From assembly GCA_023819665.1 (NCBI GenBank), contig JAMWCP010000003.1, forward strand, positions 1 to 40,503: 40,503 bases of DNA, written 5' to 3'. This stretch comes from Candidatus Omnitrophota bacterium (GTDB lineage: Bacteria; Omnitrophota; Gorgyraeia; Gygaellales; JAMWCP01). The position numbers and the translations under genes are program-made. This document shows positions 7,264 through 15,027 of this stretch, in pieces (positions within the stretch are counted from its first letter, which is position 1; the number at the start of each line of letters is the position of its first letter). The notes under the pieces are model-generated. The model saw only the letters and a program-made list of their open reading frames with translations. It made no database searches and was not told the DNA's origin.

Positions 7264-8982
7264 ATGCCTAAGGAAAAATATCTAAAACTAGGAGATATGC
7301 TCCTTAAGGAAGGGGTAATTACTCCTCAACAATTAAAAAAAGCTTTGGATATTCAAGCGAAAGAAGGAGGTAGATTAGGAGAGATTTTAATAAAGATGGG
7401 GGCAGCAAAAGAAGAAGAGGTGGTAAGTATTTTGGGAAAGCAATTAGGAATCCCTTATTTTTCTTTAGGCACAGGTATGCTGAAACCAGCAGCGGATCAA
7501 GGATTAGAGGAACTTATTCCTCGAGACTTTGCTATTAAGAATTTGGTTTTGCCACTTTCGCGCGTTTTAAAATCTTTAACTTGCGCAATGTATGATCCTT
7601 TGGATTTAGTTTTGATCGATAATTTAAGAAAACTTACAGGATGCGAAATAAATCCAGTTATTGCTACCCGTGCAGATATCATCAAAGCCATTGAAGAGTT
7701 TTATGGAAAACAGACTTTTTTAAAACAAGCAGTAGAAGCAACCTATGAGGTTGCTCCAGCAATAGAGGAAGCCATAGAGCTTGCTGAGGGACAATTGAGT
7801 TTAGATGCATTGATTGCTCGGGCAGAAGAAGCACCGGTAGTAAAACTTACCGATCTTATTATTCGTCAGGCAATTAATGAACGCGCTTCAGATATTCATA
7901 TCGAGCCATTCAAAGATAGGATTTCTTTAAGATACAGAATAGATGGTAAGCTTTATGAGATACCTCCACCCGCAAAACATCTGCATCTTCCTATTATTTC
8001 GCGTATAAAGATTCTGGCTAAATTGGATATTGCAGAAAAACGTTTACCTCAGGATGGAGCATTCTTTGTGAAGTTAGAAGATAGGGTAATAGATATTAGA
8101 GTTTCTACTATTCCTACTATTTATGGAGAAAAAGTGGTATTGAGACTTCTGGATAAAAGTTCAGTAGTTTTAGATCTTAATCAATTAGGATTTGAAACAC
8201 ATCAGTTGGAACAGATTCGTAAGTGTATAAATATGCCATATGGGCTTATACTTTTAACCGGTCCCACAGGAAGTGGGAAGACCACTACTCTTTATTCGAT
8301 TCTGAATGAGATAAAAGATCCTACAAAAAATATTATTACTATTGAAGATCCTGTAGAGTATCGATTAGAGGGGATAAATCAGGTACAGGTAAAGCCAGAG
8401 ATTGGGCTTACTTTTGCTACAGCACTACGTAGTTTTTTAAGACAGGATCCGGATGTAATGTTAGTAGGAGAAATCAGGGATATGGAGACAGCAGAGATAT
8501 GTATCCGTTCTGCACTTACTGGGCATTTAGTTTTTAGTACTCTCCATACCAATGATGCTCCTTCCGCAATAAATCGTTTAATAGATATTGGAGTACATTC
8601 TTATCTTATCACTCCTTCTTTGTTAATGGTAGTTGCTCAACGATTATTAAGAAAACTCTGTCCTGACTGCAAAGAAGCCTATGAACCTGATCCTGAACAG
8701 TTGGGAGGTATAAAATTGAATGCTGAACTTATATATAGACCTAAGGGTTGTTCTAAGTGTTCTCAGGTGGGGTATAAAGGGAGACTCTGTGTGGCAGAGG
8801 TGATGGTAGTTACTGATAAAATAAGAGAAGCAATTACAAAACATGCTACTTATCAAGAGATAAAGGAATTGTGTATTTCTGAAGGTATGCAGACATTGTA
8901 TCGATCTGCATTAAGAAAGGTAGAATCAGGCATTACTTCTTTAGAAGAAGCACTAAACGTTACAATGGAAATAGGAGGATAA
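7264..8982 (+). CDS. pilB: Type IV pilus extension ATPase PilB (GspE family)
   Basis: MshEN-like KLGDMLLKEG...RLGEILIKMG, Walker A GPTGSGKT, LRQDPDVMLVGEIRD, CxxC...CxxC; ATG 7264 preferred over 7246. Confidence 0.95.
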   Translation: MPKEKYLKLGDMLLKEGVITPQQLKKALDIQAKEGGRLGEILIKMGAAKEEEVVSILGKQLGIPYFSLGTGMLKPAADQGLEELIPRDFAIKNLVLPLSRVLKSLTCAMYDPLDLVLIDNLRKLTGCEINPVIATRADIIKAIEEFYGKQTFLKQAVEATYEVAPAIEEAIELAEGQLSLDALIARAEEAPVVKLTDLIIRQAINERASDIHIEPFKDRISLRYRIDGKLYEIPPPAKHLHLPIISRIKILAKLDIAEKRLPQDGAFFVKLEDRVIDIRVSTIPTIYGEKVVLRLLDKSSVVLDLNQLGFETHQLEQIRKCINMPYGLILLTGPTGSGKTTTLYSILNEIKDPTKNIITIEDPVEYRLEGINQVQVKPEIGLTFATALRSFLRQDPDVMLVGEIRDMETAEICIRSALTGHLVFSTLHTNDAPSAINRLIDIGVHSYLITPSLLMVVAQRLLRKLCPDCKEAYEPDPEQLGGIKLNAELIYRPKGCSKCSQVGYKGRLCVAEVMVVTDKIREAITKHATYQEIKELCISEGMQTLYRSALRKVESGITSLEEALNVTMEIGG

Positions 8983-10208
8983 TGCCTTACTATTTATATA
9001 TTGCCCGCGATAAAACAGGAAAAAGAATTACAGGTAGAGAAGAGGCTTTAAATAGCGAGGAGTTAGCTGCAAGATTGCAGGCACAAGAACTTATTGTAAT
9101 AAATATTATTCCCGAAATAGAAAAGACTGTTAAAACTACTTCTCCTGTAAGATCGAGATTTATTCATCAACATAAACGGATTACTTCGGGTGATCTTGTT
9201 CTCTTTTGTCAACAACTCCATACTCTTTTAGAGGCAGGAGTAACAATTTTGCAAAGTTTAAAGATTATTGCTAAACAGGTTTCCAGCGCAAGATTAAATA
9301 AGATCATTTATGAGATCATCTCCAATATGGAAAAAGGTATGAGTCTTCATGAAGCGATGGCAGAATATCCGGATGTTTTCTCGGAATTATGGTTAAATTT
9401 GATAGAAAGCGGGGAGGCCTCGGGAAATCTGGTAGAAGTTTTGAAGCGTCTTTCAAGTTATTTAGAAAGAAACGCTCAATTCCAACGTAAAGTTATATCT
9501 AGTTTAATGTATCCTGCTATACTTTTGATGGTAGGAATATTCGCTTTGCTCTTTTTGAATATAAAAATTATTCCTGTTTTTGCGGAGCTGTTTAAGAGTT
9601 TTAATGTACAACTTCCTTTGCTTACCCGAATTTTAATTTTTGTAAGTACTATTATTAAAAAGTACTCTATATTTATATTTGCGGCATTAGTGATCTTTAT
9701 ATTTTTATTACGTAAAGTATTAAGGACTAAAGAAGCAAGAAAGAGATGGGAAGAGATTTTATTTAAGTTGCCTTTGGCAGGTGTTTTTTTTCGTTCCCTT
9801 ATTATAGAGCGATTCTCTTCTAACATGGCTACTCTTTTAGAGAGCGGAGTACCTGTTCTTTATGCTTTGGAGATAAGTGAGCGTAGTATTGTTAATTTAG
9901 TAGCAGCCGATATAATTCGTGAGATAAAAAATGAAGTAAGAGGAGGAAAGAGTTTAAGTATTCCTATGGAGAAAACCGGATTCTTTGAACCAATGGTAGT
10001 ACAGATGGTAGCGGTAGGCGAAGAAATTGGAGAGTTGCCTAATATGTTTAAAAGGATAAATAGTTTTTATCAGGAATATATAGATACCTTTTTGACTCGT
10101 TTTACTACTCTGTTTGAACCTTTAATGTTAATAATTTTAGGAGGAATTATTGGTTTGATGGTGGTGGGAATATTTTTACCTTTATTTCAAATTACTCAGA
10201 TACGTTAA
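8982..10208 (+). CDS. pilC: Type IV pilus platform protein PilC (GspF family)
   Basis: Two T2SSF domains (GEASGNL, VGEEIGEL), MYP and FEP motifs, three TMs. Confidence 0.95.
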   Translation: MPYYLYIARDKTGKRITGREEALNSEELAARLQAQELIVINIIPEIEKTVKTTSPVRSRFIHQHKRITSGDLVLFCQQLHTLLEAGVTILQSLKIIAKQVSSARLNKIIYEIISNMEKGMSLHEAMAEYPDVFSELWLNLIESGEASGNLVEVLKRLSSYLERNAQFQRKVISSLMYPAILLMVGIFALLFLNIKIIPVFAELFKSFNVQLPLLTRILIFVSTIIKKYSIFIFAALVIFIFLLRKVLRTKEARKRWEEILFKLPLAGVFFRSLIIERFSSNMATLLESGVPVLYALEISERSIVNLVAADIIREIKNEVRGGKSLSIPMEKTGFFEPMVVQMVAVGEEIGELPNMFKRINSFYQEYIDTFLTRFTTLFEPLMLIILGGIIGLMVVGIFLPLFQITQIR

Positions 10209-10212
10209 TATC

Positions 10213-10241
10213 TTGACAGATTTCATTTTAAGTGATAAACT
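10213..10241 (+). promoter_or_regulatory. Sigma70-type promoter for the pilin cluster
   Basis: TTGACA (10213-10218), 17-nt spacer, TAAACT (10236-10241) with TGn extension; AGGAGG RBS before 10297. Confidence 0.75.
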
Positions 10242-10296
10242 TAAATTAGAATGAGAGGTAAAATAAATTGTTTAATTTAATGAGAGGAGGTATAAA

Positions 10297-10683
10297 ATGA
10301 AGAAAGGTTTTACATTATTGGAACTTTTAATTGTAGTTATAATTATAGGACTGTTGGCAACCTTGGCTTTACCTAATTTTTTAAGAGGTGCAGAACGTGC
10401 TAGATGGTCTGAAGCAAAGAACCTCTTAGGAGCTTTAAGAGGATCGCAGATAAGGTATTATGCTCAGTATGAAACGTATGCTACTAACTTGGAGAATTTA
10501 GATGTAAATATTACTGATCTAACTGGCTCAGGGGCGGGTAAACATTTTTCCTTCACGGTTGAGGCGAATGAGAATAATTTAGCTCAAGCTACTCGTACAG
10601 GTGGACCCTATAGGGGCGCAACTGTTAGTATTGATTTCTATGGAAATTTTTCATACAGCGGAGCTCCTGAGTGGCTACAGTAA
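10297..10683 (+). CDS. pilA: Type IV pilin, probable major pilin
   Basis: MKKG|FTLLELLIVVIIIG class III signal; own promoter and strong RBS; no Cys. Confidence 0.85.
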   Translation: MKKGFTLLELLIVVIIIGLLATLALPNFLRGAERARWSEAKNLLGALRGSQIRYYAQYETYATNLENLDVNITDLTGSGAGKHFSFTVEANENNLAQATRTGGPYRGATVSIDFYGNFSYSGAPEWLQ

Positions 10684-10705
10684 TTATTATACATATAAGT
10701 AATAT

Positions 10706-11107
10706 ATGAAAAAAAATGGTTTTTCTCTTTTAGAATTAATTGTAGTAGTAATAATTATAGGTATATTAGCGGGTTTGGCTTTACCTTTATTTTATCGAAC
10801 ACGTGAACGCGCTTTAGATGAAGAAGCCAAAGCAAATCTTAAACTTATTCAGGCAGCTGAAAAAGTATATGTTATGGAAAATGGTACATATCTTGGCTGT
10901 AGTAGTATAGATTGTATAAATGAGAACCTAAGATTATCTCTTCCTACTTCATTGAGTAGAGCCTGGGATTATTCTGTTGTTCTTCAGGGTGTCGATAATA
11001 TTATAATTACGGCAACAAGAAGAATAAACAATCCTGTCCTCAGGAGAAACTGGAGATTAGATAAAGATGATGAAGAGCCCGCTTGTCAAGGTCAAGGTTG
11101 TCCTTAA
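10706..11107 (+). CDS. Type IV pilin (PilE-like)
   Basis: KKNG|FSLLELIVVVIIIG; 4 Cys. Confidence 0.88.
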   Translation: MKKNGFSLLELIVVVIIIGILAGLALPLFYRTRERALDEEAKANLKLIQAAEKVYVMENGTYLGCSSIDCINENLRLSLPTSLSRAWDYSVVLQGVDNIIITATRRINNPVLRRNWRLDKDDEEPACQGQGCP

Positions 11108-11112
11108 TCACT

Positions 11113-11496
11113 ATGTCTAAGTCTAAAAAGAGTTTTTCCTTAACAGAAGTTATTGTGGCATCTGTTATATTAAGTATTGCAATGGTAGGAATAACTAATC
11201 TATTTTTAAGTAGCAAAAAATATTTTCAGCACAGTCGTTGTTATGCACAAGCGACAAATCTAATTAGATTCTTTTTGGATGAATTTGTTATGGCAGTAAG
11301 AGCAGATCAGTTTAGAGGAGGAGATTATATTAGCAGTAATCCTTTAAACTTAGGAAACCATAGTTTAGCTACCATAAGATTAGGTTTACCTTATATCAAT
11401 TATTTCCCTCAATATCGGGTATCGGAAGTAGAAAATGAAGTGCGCAAGGTTAAATTTACCATAAGGTGGTGGGAATCTCCATTTTATGCCGGTTAA
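11113..11496 (+). CDS. Minor pilin, PilV/GspI-like
   Basis: KKS|FSLTEVIVASVIL; C-terminal VRKVKFTIRW strand; ATG 11113 preferred. Confidence 0.8.
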   Translation: MSKSKKSFSLTEVIVASVILSIAMVGITNLFLSSKKYFQHSRCYAQATNLIRFFLDEFVMAVRADQFRGGDYISSNPLNLGNHSLATIRLGLPYINYFPQYRVSEVENEVRKVKFTIRWWESPFYAG

Positions 11497-12151
11497 ATTT
11501 TCTTTTAAAAAAGCAATTACCCTTGTAGAGTTAATAATTGCTATAACTTTGGTGATAGTGGTAGCAGCGGGTGTGGTAAGTTTAGATAAGTTTGCTACTT
11601 ACCAACTTCACGTTGCTGATCAGCAAGCTCGACTTCAAAATGAGTTATCTTATGTTTTGGATCATATGGCAAAATTTATTGGGGGAGCAGAAATAGGAGG
11701 AGCAATTGGAAGCGTAAATGATCCGCCGGTAAGGATCGAGAGAGTTCCTGGTCGGGGGCAATTCTTGAAGGTACGTATTGATAAAAATAGAAATGGAAGG
11801 GTAGATCCGTATCCCGAGGATATATGGATAGCATATCAAGCAACTATCCGAGATACGCCAGCGTATCGTCTTTTTTTCTGGGCTCCTTGCGGAAATCCTC
11901 AGAGCATGGGATGTCAACAAATAGAAGGGCACCCTCCATTAGTTATTTCAGAAAAAATTCATTGTTGTTGTGAAGCAGGAGGAGATTGTTATAATTTCGC
12001 TGTTTATAATTCTACCACAAATTATGTGGAGATAAGATTAGGAGCCTGTTATGATCCTTCGGGATATGTAGGTTATGTCTGTGGTAGTAGGGAAAATCCT
12101 GCAGTTTATATGCGCACGCGGATAAGAATGCCCGCCGTTTCTGCAAATTGA
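11486..12151 (+). CDS. Minor pilin, PilW/GspJ-like, Cys-rich
   Basis: KKA|ITLVELIIAITL; LQNELSYVLDHMAKFI helix; 8 Cys in the C-terminal half. Confidence 0.8.
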   Translation: MPVKFSFKKAITLVELIIAITLVIVVAAGVVSLDKFATYQLHVADQQARLQNELSYVLDHMAKFIGGAEIGGAIGSVNDPPVRIERVPGRGQFLKVRIDKNRNGRVDPYPEDIWIAYQATIRDTPAYRLFFWAPCGNPQSMGCQQIEGHPPLVISEKIHCCCEAGGDCYNFAVYNSTTNYVEIRLGACYDPSGYVGYVCGSRENPAVYMRTRIRMPAVSAN

Positions 12152-12152
12152 T

Positions 12153-12572
12153 ATGAAAAATAAAGGTTTTTCTTTATTGGAGATGATGATAGTCATAATA
12201 ATAATAGGGATATTGGCAAGTATAGCAGGTTATTATATATATAAAAATACTGAAAGGGCACGTTGGACAGAAGCAAAGACAATTTTAAATGCTTTATTAG
12301 CGGGTCAACTTAGGCATAGAATCCAAAAATTTGGAAATACTACCTATTGTACTTCTTCCTATGATTATACCGTTAAGGGTTTCCGCTGTATAGAGGTATA
12401 TTTTAATCCTTCTAAGTATTTCAATTACTTTTTAATGGATAATCCCAATTTGTTAGCTTGCGCAAGGAGAACAAGAGGGAGTTGTAGCCATTGTACTATA
12501 TGTATTGATCAAAACGGAATTATTAAGGAATATACTGGTTGCAGTCCAGGATGTAATAAGTTTTTTCAATAA
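12153..12572 (+). CDS. Type IV pilin, Cys-rich paralog of the major pilin
   Basis: KNKG|FSLLEMMIVIIIIG; ERARWTEAK nearly identical to ERARWSEAK of the 10297 pilin; 8 Cys. Confidence 0.88.
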   Translation: MKNKGFSLLEMMIVIIIIGILASIAGYYIYKNTERARWTEAKTILNALLAGQLRHRIQKFGNTTYCTSSYDYTVKGFRCIEVYFNPSKYFNYFLMDNPNLLACARRTRGSCSHCTICIDQNGIIKEYTGCSPGCNKFFQ

Positions 12573-12625
12573 AATCCTACCCATATTTTATTTGCCAAAA
12601 AATTAAATTGTGTTAAATTATTTTA

Positions 12626-12696
12626 GGGGCCATAGTTAAAAGGGATAACATAGCGTTCGCAACGCTAAATTCCGGGTTCAATTCCCGGTGGCTCCA
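12626..12696 (+). tRNA. tRNA-Ala(CGC)
   Basis: Acceptor GGGGCCA/TGGCTCC with G3:U70, A73; anticodon arm TAGCG-TTCGCAA-CGCTA; T arm CCGGG-TTCAATT-CCCGG; CCA not encoded. Confidence 0.9.
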
Positions 12697-12764
12697 GATT
12701 AGTCTGTAGTTAATAGTTTTTAATTTATAAAAGAGAGGAATTTCAAGGAGAAGTTATTAGCAGA

Positions 12765-14267
12765 ATGAGAGATAAATATATTTTTTTATTTATATTTTGT
12801 TTAACCTTGATTAATATAAAAGTATGGGCGCAAGCAATTAAGGAACCTAATGTTTCAGGAAGTTTTTATCCTCGCGAACCCAAAGAACTTTCTTTGATGA
12901 TTGATAAGTTTCTTTCTGAGGTTATACCTGAATCTCTAGAAGATGAAGTTTTTGGTTTAATTTTACCCCACGCCGGTTATCTTTATTCAGGTAAGACTGC
13001 AAGTTTTGGATATAGACTTATTAAAGGTAAATCCTATCGTACGGTAATTATTATGGGACCTAGCCATTATTATGGTTTTACAGGTGTTTCTATATATCCG
13101 GAAGGAAAATTTAGAACACCTTTGGGTGATATAGAGATAGATAAAGAATTTACCCGGAAGTTACTCTTTAAAGATAAATATATTTTCTTTAACCCTCTCG
13201 CATTTGAAAAGGAGCATTCAATAGAAGTTCACCTTCCTTTTTTACAAAAAGTATTAAAGGATTTTAAGATTGTTCCTGTAGTAATGGGAAAGATGGATTT
13301 AGAAATGAGCAAAAGATTCATTAAAATTTTAAAAGAGTCCATCGATGGATATAAGGATATATTAGTAATTGCTTCTTCAGATATGTATCATGGTTATGAT
13401 TACGAATTGTGTAGGTTAGTGGATACCGTTACATTAACTTATTTAAAAAATATGGATGTAAATGGACTTTATGAAGCAATACAGGAACAGAAAGCTCAAC
13501 TCTGTGGTGCTTGGCCGGTTTTAACTTTGCTTATGTTAGCCAAAGATATCGGATATTATAATTTAAAGATATTAAACTATACTAATTCCAGTGAGGTTAT
13601 GGGAAACAGAACCAAAGGTATCTGGACAGTAGGTTATGCGAGTTGTGTATTAGGAAGATATTTTCCTTCTTCTGCTAATGAGATAAGTCATTTCCAGAAT
13701 AAGGAGGTAATTATGTTAAATAAAGAACAAAAGAGGATACTTTTAGAAATTGCCCGCCGCTCTATTGAGTTTTATCTTAAGACAGGAAAGAAATTAGAGA
13801 TAAATCAGGCAGATCCTATGTTAATAGAAAAGTGTGGGGCTTTTGTTACATTGCATAAACATGGTCAATTGCGGGGTTGTATTGGGAATATAATAGGAGA
13901 TAAACCACTTTATTTAACGGTACGAGATATGGCGATTGAATCTGCAGTAGGTGATCCTCGGTTTGCTCCTTTGGATTTAGAAGAATTAAAAGAGGTAGAA
14001 ATCGAAATTTCTGTACTTTCTCCTTTAAAGAAGGTAGATGATCCTCAAGAGATAATCCTTGGAAAACATGGTGTTATGGTGAGAAAGGGATTTAGAAGTG
14101 GAGTATTTTTACCTCAGGTAGCCACAGAAACAGATTGGTCTAAAGAAGAGTTTTTATCTTATCTTTGCAGTCACAAAGCAGGACTCTCCCCTTATGCCTG
14201 GAAAGATAAGGATACCGAGCTTTATATCTTTAGCGCCGAAGTTTTTTCAGAAGAAAAGTTGGAATAA
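12765..14267 (+). CDS. amrB: AmmeMemoRadiSam protein B (MEMO1-like) fused to protein A (AMMECR1-like), with N-terminal signal peptide
   Basis: GSFYP, PHAGYLYSG, GPSH, EHSIEVHLPF, SSDMYH (Memo); GAFVTL...LRGCIG, DPRF, FLPQVA (AMMECR1). Confidence 0.92.
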   Translation: MRDKYIFLFIFCLTLINIKVWAQAIKEPNVSGSFYPREPKELSLMIDKFLSEVIPESLEDEVFGLILPHAGYLYSGKTASFGYRLIKGKSYRTVIIMGPSHYYGFTGVSIYPEGKFRTPLGDIEIDKEFTRKLLFKDKYIFFNPLAFEKEHSIEVHLPFLQKVLKDFKIVPVVMGKMDLEMSKRFIKILKESIDGYKDILVIASSDMYHGYDYELCRLVDTVTLTYLKNMDVNGLYEAIQEQKAQLCGAWPVLTLLMLAKDIGYYNLKILNYTNSSEVMGNRTKGIWTVGYASCVLGRYFPSSANEISHFQNKEVIMLNKEQKRILLEIARRSIEFYLKTGKKLEINQADPMLIEKCGAFVTLHKHGQLRGCIGNIIGDKPLYLTVRDMAIESAVGDPRFAPLDLEELKEVEIEISVLSPLKKVDDPQEIILGKHGVMVRKGFRSGVFLPQVATETDWSKEEFLSYLCSHKAGLSPYAWKDKDTELYIFSAEVFSEEKLE

Positions 14268-14292
14268 TTTTAGACAAACTTAAATTAACACA

Positions 14293-15027
14293 ATGATTCA
14301 TATATATATTGCACAACCCTCTATTTTTAAAGAAGAATTAGTTATTAAAGATAAAGAAAAAATTCACTATCTTAAAGATGTTTTAAGAATAGATAAAAAA
14401 GAAAAACTTACAGTGTTTGATGTCCAAGGAAAACATTATATCTGTGAGGTTAAAGATATATCTAAATGGAGTATCGTTTTAAGCATAAATAAAGAGATAA
14501 ATAAAAAGATGATGCCGCCTCTGATTAAGATTGGTTTTGGTCTAATTAAAAGGACACATATTTTAGATGATTTAATAGATAAACTTACTCAGTTAGGGGT
14601 TTATAAGATAATTCCTTTGGTTACCCAGAGGGTAATGGTAAAATGGGAGGAAGAGAAGAAAAAGGGGCGTCTTCTTCATTGGCAGAGGATTGCGGTTAGT
14701 GCTAGTCAACAAGCACATCGTAGTTATGTACCATTAATTGAAGGGATTAAACAGATGGAAGATATAATTGCTCAGGAAGAAGCAGAGCTTAAGCTCATTT
14801 TTACCCTTTATGAAAAAGGAAAGTCTTTGAAGTCTATTTTTGTTAAAGAGAAGGAATTTAGAGATATTCTTGTTTTAATTGGTCCAGAAGGGGATTTTTC
14901 TCCTTCTGAATTACAGTTGGCAAAAGATAAAGGTTTTATTCCTGTATCTTTAGGAGAATTAGTCTTAAGGACCGAAACCGCTGTGCTTTCTATTGCAAGT
15001 TTTATTAGGTTGTATGTTCAAGGTTAA
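14293..15027 (+). CDS. rsmE: 16S rRNA m3U1498 methyltransferase
   Basis: HYLKDVLR, KLTQLGV, IGPEGDFS, LGELVLRTETA. Confidence 0.95.
   Translation: MIHIYIAQPSIFKEELVIKDKEKIHYLKDVLRIDKKEKLTVFDVQGKHYICEVKDISKWSIVLSINKEINKKMMPPLIKIGFGLIKRTHILDDLIDKLTQLGVYKIIPLVTQRVMVKWEEEKKKGRLLHWQRIAVSASQQAHRSYVPLIEGIKQMEDIIAQEEAELKLIFTLYEKGKSLKSIFVKEKEFRDILVLIGPEGDFSPSELQLAKDKGFIPVSLGELVLRTETAVLSIASFIRLYVQG

Noticed and set aside
7497-9826. Minus-strand ORFs 7497..7691, 8647..8856 and 9476..9826
   Set aside because: Antisense shadows of pilB and pilC
11645-11932. 95-aa minus-strand ORF
   Set aside because: Antisense to the PilW-like gene; no motif
12470-12510. Possible heme-binding motif in the Cys-rich pilin (CSHCTIC)
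   Set aside because: Not CxxCH; the His lies inside the CxxC
12626-12696. tmRNA, because of the GGGGC start and G3:U70
   Set aside because: It folds as a complete 71-nt cloverleaf with an anticodon arm and has no mRNA-like domain
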